Source: an uncultured Oscillospiraceae bacterium
GTDB taxonomy: Bacteria; Bacillota; Clostridia; Oscillospirales; Oscillospiraceae
NCBI GenBank assembly: GCA_947626385.1
Contig: CANQSD010000001.1
Location: forward strand, 1 to 63,661
Direction: 5' to 3'
Length of the DNA stretch: 63,661 nucleotides
This document shows positions 44,259 through 53,745 of the stretch, piece by piece (position 1 is the first letter of the stretch; each line of letters starts with the position of its first letter). The notes under the pieces were generated by a model. That model saw nothing but the letters and a program-made list of their open reading frames with translations. It did not search any database and was not told the origin of the DNA. The position numbers and the translations under genes were made by a program.

Positions 44259-45395
44259 ATGGATAAGACCCTTACCGTTCTCGGCTCCACCGGCTCCATC
44301 GGGACACAGACGCTGGAGGCGGCGGAAAAGCTGGGACTTCAAATCACCGCCCTCACCGCCAACAGGAACGTCTCCCTCCTGGAGGCCCAGGCGCGGAAGC
44401 TTGTCCCCAGGGCCGTGGCCCTGGCGGACGAGAGGGCGGCGGGGGAGCTGCGGGTGAAGCTGGCGGATACCGGTGTGCGGGTGCTTGCCGGGATGGAGGG
44501 CGTTTGCGAATGCGCCGCCATGGACGCCGATATCGTGGAGTCGTCCCTGGTGGGGATTGCGGGGCTTCTGCCCACCCTCGCCGCCGTCCGGGCGGGACAC
44601 CGCCGTGTCGCCCTGGCCAACAAGGAGACGCTGGTCTGTGCCGGCCATATTGTGACACGCGAGATCCGGGAGCACGCCTGCGAGCTCATCCCCGTGGACT
44701 CGGAGCACTCCGCCATTTTCCAGTGCCTGTCCGGCGGGCGCAGGTCCGAGGTCAAGCGCATCCTCCTCACCGCCTCCGGCGGCCCCTTCCGCGCCCTTAC
44801 AAGGGAGGAGCTGTACGCCGTCACCCCCCAGCGCGCCCTCCGGCACCCCAACTGGGACATGGGCGCCAAGGTGACCATCGACTCGGCCTCCATGATGAAC
44901 AAGGGGCTGGAGGTCATCGAGGCCATGCACCTCTTCGGCGTCCCGCCGGAGCAAATTCATGTGGTGGTCCATCCGCAGAGCATCGTCCACTCGGCGGTGG
45001 AGTTTACGGACAACGCCGTCATCGCCCAGCTGGGCGTCCCCGATATGCGCCTGCCCATCCAACTGGCCCTCACTTACCCGGAGCGCTGTCCGTCCCTGGC
45101 CGGGGAGATGGACCTTGCCCGGATCGGCACCCTCACCTTCGAGGAGCCGGACCTTGAAAAGTTCCGTTGCCCCGCCATCGCCCTCACCGCTGCCTCCCGG
45201 CGTGACGCCGCCCCGGCGGTGATGAACGCCGCCAACGAGCTGGCGGTCCGGGCGTTTCTGGACGGAAAGGTCGGCTTTATGGACATCCCGGATATTGTGG
45301 ACCGGGCCGTATCTGATTTTGGAAATCTCCCCGCGCGGACCGTGGAGGACATTTTGTCCGCCGACGCGTTGACGCGGGCATCGATCAAGGTGTGA
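44259..45395 (+). CDS. dxr: 1-deoxy-D-xylulose 5-phosphate reductoisomerase
   Basis: LGSTGSIGTQTL, ANKE, DSEHSA, NKGLEVIEA. Confidence 0.95.
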   Translation: MDKTLTVLGSTGSIGTQTLEAAEKLGLQITALTANRNVSLLEAQARKLVPRAVALADERAAGELRVKLADTGVRVLAGMEGVCECAAMDADIVESSLVGIAGLLPTLAAVRAGHRRVALANKETLVCAGHIVTREIREHACELIPVDSEHSAIFQCLSGGRRSEVKRILLTASGGPFRALTREELYAVTPQRALRHPNWDMGAKVTIDSASMMNKGLEVIEAMHLFGVPPEQIHVVVHPQSIVHSAVEFTDNAVIAQLGVPDMRLPIQLALTYPERCPSLAGEMDLARIGTLTFEEPDLEKFRCPAIALTAASRRDAAPAVMNAANELAVRAFLDGKVGFMDIPDIVDRAVSDFGNLPARTVEDILSADALTRASIKV

Positions 45396-45399
45396 ATCC

Positions 45400-46449
45400 A
45401 TGTATATCGTCATTGCAATCATCGCCTTCGGCGTCCTCATCGCCATTCACGAGTTCGGCCATTTCATCGTGGCCAAGGCCTGCCATGTAAAGGTCAACGA
45501 ATACTCCATCGGCATGGGCCCCGCTATCCTCAAAAAGCAGGGGAAGGAGACCCTCTACGCCTGGAGGCTCCTGCCCATCGGCGGCTACTGCGCCATGGAG
45601 GGGGAGGACGAGGACACCGGCGACGAGCGGGCCTTCACCCGCCAGAGCGCCTGGAAGCGCGTCCTTATTCTGGTGGCCGGCGCGGGGATGAACTTCCTTT
45701 TGGGGTTCCTCATCGTGCTCGTCATCTTCTCCAGCGCCGACGGCTTTTACACCAACGAGGTGACCCGGCTGGTGGACGGCTTCCAGTACGCCGACAACGG
45801 CATTGCCGTGGGGGACGAGATCCTCTCCATCGACGGCCACCGGGTGTTCACAAGCCAGGACTTCCTCACCTATATGTCCCGGGCCGGGGACACGGTGGAC
45901 ATGGTGGTCCGGCGGGACGGGGAGAAGCTCACCCTGCGCGGCTACGGTCTCAAGCCCGAGACGTACAACGGCGTCACCCAGTACGGTATCGGCTTCGGCG
46001 TGACGGAGGCCACCGCGTGGCGGACGCTGAAATATTCCGCCTACACCGCCTATAACTTCGTGCGCATGGTGTGGATGGGCCTCTCGGACCTCGTCACCGG
46101 GGCCGTTGGCCTTAACGAGATGAGCGGGGTGGTGGGCATCGTGGATGTCATCAACGACGTGGGCCAGCAGACCCAGGCGGAGACCCAGTCCGTCTGGGCC
46201 GCCATTGAGGATGTCATGTATCTGGTGGCCTTCATCGCCGTGAACCTGGCCGTCATGAACCTCCTGCCCATCCCGGCGCTGGACGGCGGGCGGATCTTCT
46301 TCATTTTCATCAACCTCATTGCCGAGAAGGTCTTCCGCAAGACCATTCCCGCCAAGTACGAGGGTTACGTCCACGCCGCCGGCATGGTCCTGCTCCTGGG
46401 TCTGATGGCGGTCATCCTGGTCAGCGACATTCTGAAGATCGTAAGGTAG
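45400..46449 (+). CDS. rseP: RIP metalloprotease RseP/YluC (M50, single PDZ)
   Basis: HEFGHF in TM1, a PDZ region and NLLPIPALDGG. Confidence 0.9.
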   Translation: MYIVIAIIAFGVLIAIHEFGHFIVAKACHVKVNEYSIGMGPAILKKQGKETLYAWRLLPIGGYCAMEGEDEDTGDERAFTRQSAWKRVLILVAGAGMNFLLGFLIVLVIFSSADGFYTNEVTRLVDGFQYADNGIAVGDEILSIDGHRVFTSQDFLTYMSRAGDTVDMVVRRDGEKLTLRGYGLKPETYNGVTQYGIGFGVTEATAWRTLKYSAYTAYNFVRMVWMGLSDLVTGAVGLNEMSGVVGIVDVINDVGQQTQAETQSVWAAIEDVMYLVAFIAVNLAVMNLLPIPALDGGRIFFIFINLIAEKVFRKTIPAKYEGYVHAAGMVLLLGLMAVILVSDILKIVR

Positions 46450-46453
46450 AGCT

Positions 46454-47500
46454 ATGTCAAAAGAGATAGAAGTGGGAAAAGTCAAGATCGGCGGCGGCGC
46501 GCCCGTCACCGTCCAGTCCATGTGCAACACGCCCACGCAGGACGTGGAGGCGACCGTCGCCCAGATAGCGCGCCTCGAGGACGCCGGGTGCGACATCATC
46601 CGCGTGGCCGTGCCGGATATGGCGGCGGCGAGGGCCGTCGCGGAGATCAAAAAGCGCATCCGCATCCCCCTGGTGGCGGATATCCATTTTGATTACAAGC
46701 TGGCGCTGGCGGCGCTGGAGGGCGGCGTGGACAAGGTCCGCGTCAACCCCGGCAACATCGGCGCTATCGACCGTGTCCGTGAGGTCGCCCGCCGGTGTGA
46801 GGAGCGCCGTGTCCCCATCCGGGTGGGCGTCAACTCCGGCTCCGTGGAGCGGGAGCTTCTGGCCAGGTACGGCGGCCCCACCGCCGAGGCACTGGTGGAC
46901 AGCGCCCTGGGCCATGTGCGTATCTTGGAGGACGTGGGCTTTACGGATATCTGTATCTCCGTGAAATCCTCCTCCGTCCCGCGCACCGTGGAGGCATACA
47001 GACTCCTGCGCCAAAAATGCGACTACCCCCTGCATCTGGGCGTCACCGAGGCGGGGACGGCGTATCTGGGGACGGTCAATTCCGCCGTGGGCCTGGGGAC
47101 CCTTCTCATGGAGGGCATCGGCGACACCGTCCGCGTCAGCCTTACCGCCGACCCGGTGAAGGAGATAGAGGCCGGCATCGCCATTTTGAAGGCCGCCGGG
47201 AGGCGCTCCGGCGGCGTCCGGTTCGTCTCCTGTCCCACCTGCGGCCGGACGAAGATTGACCTCGTGGCCCTGGCCCAGGAGGTGGAGGAGCGCCTGCGCG
47301 GGTGTCCAAGGGACATCACCGTGGCGGTCATGGGCTGCGCCGTCAACGGCCCCGGGGAGGCCCGTGAGGCCGACTACGGCATCGCCGGCGGCGACGGCGA
47401 GGGCCTTTTGTTCAAGAAAGGGAAAATCGTGAAAAAACTGCCGTTTGCCGCGTTGGCCGACGGCCTTGTGGCGCTGATCGAGGAGCAGGAAAATGGCTGA
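46454..47500 (+). CDS. ispG: 4-hydroxy-3-methylbut-2-en-1-yl diphosphate synthase
   Basis: VQSMCNT, RVAVPD, SCPTCGR, GCAVNGPGEA. Confidence 0.95.
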   Translation: MSKEIEVGKVKIGGGAPVTVQSMCNTPTQDVEATVAQIARLEDAGCDIIRVAVPDMAAARAVAEIKKRIRIPLVADIHFDYKLALAALEGGVDKVRVNPGNIGAIDRVREVARRCEERRVPIRVGVNSGSVERELLARYGGPTAEALVDSALGHVRILEDVGFTDICISVKSSSVPRTVEAYRLLRQKCDYPLHLGVTEAGTAYLGTVNSAVGLGTLLMEGIGDTVRVSLTADPVKEIEAGIAILKAAGRRSGGVRFVSCPTCGRTKIDLVALAQEVEERLRGCPRDITVAVMGCAVNGPGEAREADYGIAGGDGEGLLFKKGKIVKKLPFAALADGLVALIEEQENG

Positions 47501-50500
47501 GAGCGTACCGATTTTGAATATGTTCCCGGGCCTTGCCGCCTGCGGCGCGCCGGAGGATGCTTTGAGCGGCGCGGAGGTCACATTAGCCGATGTGGACCGG
47601 TCAAGCCGCGCCATGGACCTCTTTGTCCGGTTTAAAAAGACGGTGCCTCCGGTTTACATAACTATGATGGAGGGGCGTATCGCCTCGGATTACGGCCTTT
47701 CCCGTGTGAAGCTGAGTCCCAGCTTCCCGGAGGACCGGGCCGCCGTCCGTGCCGCTAAGGAGACCCGTGCCGCCCAGACCTCCGCCATTTTCGGGAAGGT
47801 CTACCGCTCCGACGTCACCCCCATGCGGGACGTCACCCTGGAGACCGGCAAGGTCACCGTTACGGGCCAGGTCTTCGCCGCGGACAGCCGGGAGATCAGA
47901 AGCGGCGCCTATGTGCTGAGCTTCGATATGACCGACGGCACAGGCTCTGTACGCGTCAACAAGTTTATCCCCGATGAGCAGACAAAAAAGGCCGTCCAGG
48001 TCATCGAGCCCGGCATGACCCTCACCGTCCAGGGGACAACCACCCTCAACCGCTTTGACGGCGAGCTCATCATCGACCCCAGGGGCATCTGCACCGCCCC
48101 CGCCCGTGAGCCCCGAAAGGATACGGCGGAGGAGAAGCGGGTGGAGCTCCATCTCCATACAAAAATGAGCGCCATGGACGCCCTCACGGACACCAAGGAC
48201 GCAGTGAAGCGGGCTATCGCCTGGGGCCACCCGGCTATCGCCATCACCGACCACGGCGTGTGCCAGTCCTTCCCGGACGCCATGAAGGCCGCCGGGGATA
48301 AGATCAAGGTCATCTATGGCGTGGAAGGATATTATGTAAATGACGTGGACGACCGCGTGGCCTTTTTGGGCCCGGTGGACGCGCCGCTGGACACGGACTT
48401 CGTGGCCTTCGATATCGAGACTACCGGCCTTGATAACCGCCGGGACCGGGTCATCGAGATCGGCGCCGTGCGCTTTCACGAGGGGCGGGAGGTGGACCGC
48501 TTCCAGACCTTCGTGGACCCCAAGCGGCCCATCAGCGCCGAGAGCACCCAGCTCACCGGCATCACGGACGCGATGGTGGCCGGCGCGCCGGAGGAGGAAA
48601 AGGCCGTCCGGGACTTTCTGGCCTTCGCCGGGGACGCGCCGCTGGTGGCTCACAACGCCAACTTTGACGTGGGGTTCATCGACGAGTGCTGCCGCCGGTG
48701 CGGCATCGAGGGATTCGAACCCTCCTTCATTGACACCGTCACTATGTCCCAGGGCCTTCTCCCGGACCTCAAGAGCCACAAGCTGGACCTGGTGGCCGGG
48801 AAGCTGGGCCTTCCGGACTTTAACCACCACCGGGCCTCCGACGACGCCCTGACCTGCGGGCTCATCTTCGCCCGCCTGGCCGCGGACCTTGCGGAGAAGG
48901 GCGTCACGCGTCTTTCAGAGATCGACGCCGCCATCGCTCCTACCCGCCGGGAGAGCGCCGCCCACCGGCGCATGAGGCCCCAGCACATCATCGTCCTGGC
49001 CAGGACCCAGGCGGGCATCAAGAACCTCTACAGGATCGTGACCAAGAGCCACCTGGAGCACTTAAAGCGCTATCCCATCATGCCCAAATCCCTGATCCAG
49101 GAGTACCGGGAGGGGCTGATCATCGGCTCGGCCTGCGAGGCGGGGGAGGTCTTCCAGACCGTCATCGACCACAAGAGCCGCTTTGAGGAACGGCGCGTGG
49201 CCGCCTTCTACGATTACCTGGAGATCCAGCCCGTGGCCAACAATATGTTCATGCTCCGGGGGGACAAGCCCCGCTGCAAGTCCGTGGAGGAGCTGCGGGA
49301 CTTCAACCGCCGGGTGGTGGAGCTGGGGGACGAGCTGGGGAAGATGACCGTCGCCACCGGGGACGTCCATTTTTTGGACCCGGAGGACGAGATCTTCCGC
49401 CATGTGCTCCTGGTGGCCAAGGACTTCGAGGACGGGGACAGCGATATGCCTCTCTACTTCCGCTCCACCGACGAGATGCTGGAGGAATTTTCCTACCTCG
49501 GCGAAGACCGCGCCCGGGAGGTCGTAATCGCCAACACCCAGGCCATCGCCGCCATGTGCGACATCGTCCGCCCCCTGCCGCCGGCGGGAAGGCTCTACCC
49601 GCCGAAAATCGAAAACTCCGACCAGCAGCTCAAGGACCTGGTCTATAACCGGATGCACGAGCTCTACGGCGAAACGCCGCCGGAGATCGTCACCGCCCGC
49701 GTGGAGCAGGAGCTTCACGATATCCTCTCCCGCCACTATGACGTCATCTATATGTCCGCCCAGAAGCTGGTGCAAAACTCCCTGGAGCACGGCTACCTTG
49801 TGGGCTCCCGGGGCTCCGTGGGCTCCTCCATCGTGGCGTTCCTCTCCGGCATTACGGAGGTCAACTCCCTGCCGCCCCATTACCGGTGCCCCAAGTGCAA
49901 GCATACGGAATTTGTTACCGACCAGGGCTATGGCTGCGGCGCGGATATGCCGGACAAGCTGTGCCCGGAGTGCGGCACGCCCTATGATAAGGACGGCTTC
50001 GACATCCCCTTTGAAACGTTCTTGGGCTTCGGCGGCGACAAGGTGCCGGATATCGACCTCAACTTCTCCGGCGAATACCAGGCCAACGCCCACAAATACA
50101 CCAACGAGCTTTTCGGCGCGGACCACGTCTTCCGCGCCGGCACCATCGGCACCGTGGCGGAGAAGACCGCCTACGGGTACGTGCTGAGATATTTGGAGAA
50201 GACCGGCAAGACCGCCAGCCGCGCCGAGGAGAACCGCCTGGCCCAGGGGTGCGTGGGCGTCAAGCGCACCACAGGCCAGCACCCGGGGGGCCTGGTGGTC
50301 ATCCCCCAGGACATGGAGATCGCCGACTTCTGTCCGGCCCAGCACCCGGCGGACGACGAGGGTGCGGACATCATCACCACTCACTTTGAGTACCACTGTA
50401 TGGAGGATAACCTTCTGAAGCTGGACGAGCTGGGCCACGACGACCCCACCATGATCCGTATGCTGGAGGACATGACGGGCCTTGACGCCAAGAAGATCAA

Positions 50501-51485
50501 GCTGGACGACCCGGAAACCATGGGCATCTTCAAATCCGCCGCTCCTCTGGGCCTCACGGACGACGACCCCATCATCGGCAAGACCGGCTCCATCGGTATC
50601 CCGGAGTTCGGCACCGGCTTTACCCGCCAGATGCTGGTGGACACCCAGCCGGAGAATTTTGATACGCTGGTGCGCCTGTCCGGCTTCTCCCACGGCACGG
50701 ACGTGTGGCTGGGCAACGCCAAGGACCTCATCACCTCCGGCACCGCCTCGGTCCGGGAGACGGTGGGGTGCCGTGACGACATCATGCTCTACCTCATCTC
50801 CGTGGGCATGGACCCCAAGCTCAGCTTCAAGATCATGGAGGCCGTGCGCAAGGGCCGCGTCAAGAAGGGCGGCTTCCAGGAGGGCTGGGTGGAGACCATG
50901 AAGGAGCACGGCGTGCCCGACTGGTACATCGACTCCCTGGCCAAGATCGCCTACCTCTTCCCCAAGGCCCACGCGGTGGCCTACGTCATGATGGCCTTCC
51001 GCATCGCCTGGTTCAAGGTCCACCGGCCCCTGGAGTTCTACGCGGCCTATTTTTACCGCCGCAGCCAGAAGGGCAACTTTGACATTGAGCTCATGAGCAC
51101 CGAGGAGCGATGCCACGCCGCCATCAACGCCTTCAACAACAATCCCAAGCCCACCGAGAAGGACAAGGATATGTTTGTGACATTGGAGGCGTGCTGGGAG
51201 TTTTATAAAAGGGGATTTCATTTTTTACCCATTGACCTATATAGGTCCGACGCGTTAAAATTTACGGTAGAGGACGGGGCCCTCCGTCCGCCCTTCGTGG
51301 CTGTTTCCGGCCTTGGCGAGGCGGCGGCGCTGGATCTATACGAGCACGGCAGGGGAGGACAGTTCGTCTCCGTGGAGGAGCTGGCCCTCAGCTGTCCCAA
51401 GGTCTCCAAGTCCCACATCGAGGTTTTAAAAAACCTGGGAGCCCTGGGGACCATGCCGGAGACAAGCCAGATAAGCCTTTTCTGA
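47493..51485 (+). CDS. polC: DNA polymerase III alpha subunit, PolC-type
   Basis: PHP domain (VELHLHTKMS), embedded exonuclease (FVAFDIETTGL, HNANFDVGF), Zn-finger CPKC...CPEC and a polymerase core. 8-nt overlap with ispG. Confidence 0.95.
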   Translation: MAESVPILNMFPGLAACGAPEDALSGAEVTLADVDRSSRAMDLFVRFKKTVPPVYITMMEGRIASDYGLSRVKLSPSFPEDRAAVRAAKETRAAQTSAIFGKVYRSDVTPMRDVTLETGKVTVTGQVFAADSREIRSGAYVLSFDMTDGTGSVRVNKFIPDEQTKKAVQVIEPGMTLTVQGTTTLNRFDGELIIDPRGICTAPAREPRKDTAEEKRVELHLHTKMSAMDALTDTKDAVKRAIAWGHPAIAITDHGVCQSFPDAMKAAGDKIKVIYGVEGYYVNDVDDRVAFLGPVDAPLDTDFVAFDIETTGLDNRRDRVIEIGAVRFHEGREVDRFQTFVDPKRPISAESTQLTGITDAMVAGAPEEEKAVRDFLAFAGDAPLVAHNANFDVGFIDECCRRCGIEGFEPSFIDTVTMSQGLLPDLKSHKLDLVAGKLGLPDFNHHRASDDALTCGLIFARLAADLAEKGVTRLSEIDAAIAPTRRESAAHRRMRPQHIIVLARTQAGIKNLYRIVTKSHLEHLKRYPIMPKSLIQEYREGLIIGSACEAGEVFQTVIDHKSRFEERRVAAFYDYLEIQPVANNMFMLRGDKPRCKSVEELRDFNRRVVELGDELGKMTVATGDVHFLDPEDEIFRHVLLVAKDFEDGDSDMPLYFRSTDEMLEEFSYLGEDRAREVVIANTQAIAAMCDIVRPLPPAGRLYPPKIENSDQQLKDLVYNRMHELYGETPPEIVTARVEQELHDILSRHYDVIYMSAQKLVQNSLEHGYLVGSRGSVGSSIVAFLSGITEVNSLPPHYRCPKCKHTEFVTDQGYGCGADMPDKLCPECGTPYDKDGFDIPFETFLGFGGDKVPDIDLNFSGEYQANAHKYTNELFGADHVFRAGTIGTVAEKTAYGYVLRYLEKTGKTASRAEENRLAQGCVGVKRTTGQHPGGLVVIPQDMEIADFCPAQHPADDEGADIITTHFEYHCMEDNLLKLDELGHDDPTMIRMLEDMTGLDAKKIKLDDPETMGIFKSAAPLGLTDDDPIIGKTGSIGIPEFGTGFTRQMLVDTQPENFDTLVRLSGFSHGTDVWLGNAKDLITSGTASVRETVGCRDDIMLYLISVGMDPKLSFKIMEAVRKGRVKKGGFQEGWVETMKEHGVPDWYIDSLAKIAYLFPKAHAVAYVMMAFRIAWFKVHRPLEFYAAYFYRRSQKGNFDIELMSTEERCHAAINAFNNNPKPTEKDKDMFVTLEACWEFYKRGFHFLPIDLYRSDALKFTVEDGALRPPFVAVSGLGEAAALDLYEHGRGGQFVSVEELALSCPKVSKSHIEVLKNLGALGTMPETSQISLF

Positions 51486-51503
51486 AAAGGAGAGAGATAA
51501 ACC

Positions 51504-53696
51504 ATGAGCGATTTTGATTTGAGCAAGGTGATGAACGGCTGGACGCAGGAGGGCATCCTGGGCTCCGGCGCTTTCGGGACGGTGTATCTCGCCCGGAACA
51601 CCGAGACCGGCGCTTTCAGCGCGGTGAAGGTGATCAAGACCCCGCCCTCCCAGGAGGCCGTGGACAACGCCCTGAAGCTCGGCATCGGCCGGGAACTTCT
51701 GAGCACTTATTTCGGAAAATTCAAAAACGACCTCTCCTGGGAGCTCACCATGTACAAGACGGTGAAGTCCCAGCACCTGGAGACGGTGGAGGACATCATC
51801 ACCGTGGACGCCGAGGGCCCCGGCTGGACGGGGTACATACGCAAGGGCATCTACACCCCCATGGCTGTCTACTTTGACAAGGCCCCCGCCACCCAGGAGG
51901 ACGCGGCGCGCCTGGGCGTGGAGATCGCCTCCGCCCTGGACGCCCTGACCCAGTACACCATGGTCCACGGCGAGGTCAAGCCCGAGAACGTCTTCGTCAG
52001 CGACACCGGTGAGTTCGTCCTGGGCGACTACGGCGTCCGCCGGTGCCTGGAGAAGGCCGGGAGCGGCATCTTCAGCGCGGAGGAGGACGGCTTTGAGGCC
52101 CCCGAGGTGGGCCAGGACCGGCTCTACACCGCCCGGTCTGACATCTACTCCCTGGGCGCGCTCATGGTTTATACCGCCAACGGCTGTCAGATGCCTCCCA
52201 ACCGGGACCCCGGCGCGATCTGGGACCTGGACCCGGCCTTCGCCGCCATCATCAAAAAGGCCATGGCCGCCGACCCCAGGGAGCGGTATCAGACGGCCAT
52301 GCAGCTCAAGCTCGAGCTCCAGCGCCTGACGCTGGGCAAGAAGCCCCCGCGCCGCGCCATGGCGGCGGCCGCCGCCTTTGACGCCGTGAAGCGCAACGGC
52401 GGCGCGGCCATCACCTCCGGGGCCGTCATCACGGGCCGGGGCGTCACCAGGGAGAAACCGGCCCCCGCCAAGCCCGCCGCCTCCGGCAGGACGGATACCG
52501 TGGAGGACACCGCCCGCGCCGCGGCGGAGAACACGGAGACCATGAAGCGCAAAAACGCCAAGGCCGGCGCCGTGGTAGCCCTGGCCGCCGCGCTCCTTGT
52601 CCTGGCGGTGGTGCTCCTTGTCATGGTGCCCTGGAAGACCGGCGGTCCGACCGAGACTATCCCCGTGAAGACCTCTGGGCAAAACGCCTCCGGTTCCGGC
52701 AGCTCCTCCGGCTCCGGCAGTCCCTCCGGCTCCGGCAGCTCCCAACCCCCGGCCTCGGAGACGACGCCCTCTGAGTCTCCGGCCTCCGAATCGACGCCTT
52801 CCGAGCCTCCGACCTCCGAAACGACGCCCTCCGAGCCTCCTTCCACGCAGACGACGCCCTCCGAGCCGGGTCCCACGGAGACGAAGCCCGTTGAGACGGA
52901 GCCTCCTGTGACAAACCCCACTGAACCCACATCTACAAAGCCCCAGCCCACCAACAACGACATCCTCTTCCCCTCGGATACCGAGCTCATTACCCGCGAG
53001 TTCCTGGAGACCAAGACCAGGAGCGAGATCGGTTACATCGTCAACGAGATGTACGCCCGCCACGGCTTTATCTTCAAGGAGGGCGGTGAGTACGCCGCGT
53101 ACTTTGAGTCCCAGAAATGGTATAAGCCCACGACCACCAGTCAGAACAAGGTCACGGATGAGTTCTCGGAGCTGGAGTGGCAGAACCTGGCCATCATCAC
53201 CGGTTATCAGAAGGACATGGGCTGGCGCGACTCCGCCGTCACCGTCCCCACCAAGCCCACGGAGCCCCCCACGACGGAACCTCCCGTAACGGAGCCTCCC
53301 GCGACGGAACCGCCAACGACGGAGCCTCCCGCGACCGAGCCTCCCGCGACCGAGCCTCCCGCAACGGAACCTCCCGCAACGGAACCGCCTGCGACCGAAC
53401 CCCCCGCCACGAAGCCGGCGGAGGCGCAGTACCTCTATCCCACGGATAAGCAGCTCATCACCCGTGAGGAGCTGGAGGGCATGACCCGCAGCGAGATCGG
53501 CTATATCGTCAACGAGATGTACGCCCGCCACGGGTACATCTTCTCGGTGGCGGAGTACAAGACGTACTTTGAGAGCCAGCCATGGTACAGGCCGATGACG
53601 GACAACTCGGAGTTTGCCTACTCCATGTTCAACGAGACGGAGCGCGAGAATATGACGTTCATCACCGCCTACCAGAAGGAAATGGGCTGGAAATAA
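51504..53696 (+). CDS. Membrane Ser/Thr-kinase-like protein with two extracellular YARHG domains
   Basis: Kinase fold motifs GSGAFGTV, AVKVIK, HGEVKPEN (HRD replaced by HGE), GDYG (DFG-like), EAPE and DPRERY. One TM helix (AVVALAAALLVLAVVLLVMV). Ser/Gly and Pro/Thr/Glu linkers. Two IVNEMYARHG(F/Y)IF...YF(E)SQ.WY.P modules. Confidence 0.8.
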   Translation: MSDFDLSKVMNGWTQEGILGSGAFGTVYLARNTETGAFSAVKVIKTPPSQEAVDNALKLGIGRELLSTYFGKFKNDLSWELTMYKTVKSQHLETVEDIITVDAEGPGWTGYIRKGIYTPMAVYFDKAPATQEDAARLGVEIASALDALTQYTMVHGEVKPENVFVSDTGEFVLGDYGVRRCLEKAGSGIFSAEEDGFEAPEVGQDRLYTARSDIYSLGALMVYTANGCQMPPNRDPGAIWDLDPAFAAIIKKAMAADPRERYQTAMQLKLELQRLTLGKKPPRRAMAAAAAFDAVKRNGGAAITSGAVITGRGVTREKPAPAKPAASGRTDTVEDTARAAAENTETMKRKNAKAGAVVALAAALLVLAVVLLVMVPWKTGGPTETIPVKTSGQNASGSGSSSGSGSPSGSGSSQPPASETTPSESPASESTPSEPPTSETTPSEPPSTQTTPSEPGPTETKPVETEPPVTNPTEPTSTKPQPTNNDILFPSDTELITREFLETKTRSEIGYIVNEMYARHGFIFKEGGEYAAYFESQKWYKPTTTSQNKVTDEFSELEWQNLAIITGYQKDMGWRDSAVTVPTKPTEPPTTEPPVTEPPATEPPTTEPPATEPPATEPPATEPPATEPPATEPPATKPAEAQYLYPTDKQLITREELEGMTRSEIGYIVNEMYARHGYIFSVAEYKTYFESQPWYRPMTDNSEFAYSMFNETERENMTFITAYQKEMGWK
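53259..53408 (+). repeat. Ten tandem 15-bp repeats encoding (TEPPx)10
   Basis: ACS GAR CCN CCN NNN repeated 10 times in frame, with units 5-7 nearly identical at the DNA level. Confidence 0.85.
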
Positions 53697-53704
53697 GCAA
53701 AAAT

Positions 53705-53731
53705 GACGGGCGGGTCATCGGCCCGCCCGTC
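53705..53731. terminator. Bidirectional hairpin between convergent genes
   Basis: GACGGGCGGG-TCATCGG-CCCGCCCGTC, a 10-bp GC stem. Confidence 0.55.
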
Positions 53732-53745
53732 AACTCCGTAATCGC

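Noticed and set aside
47493-51485. PolC looks short (1330 aa against about 1430 aa in the Bacillus or Clostridioides enzymes I remember), so a truncated or mis-started gene was considered.
   Set aside because: The ORF starts at an ATG that overlaps the ispG stop. All core domains (PHP, exonuclease, Zn finger, polymerase) are present and in order. The shorter N-terminal region is within plausible lineage variation and cannot be judged further without alignment.
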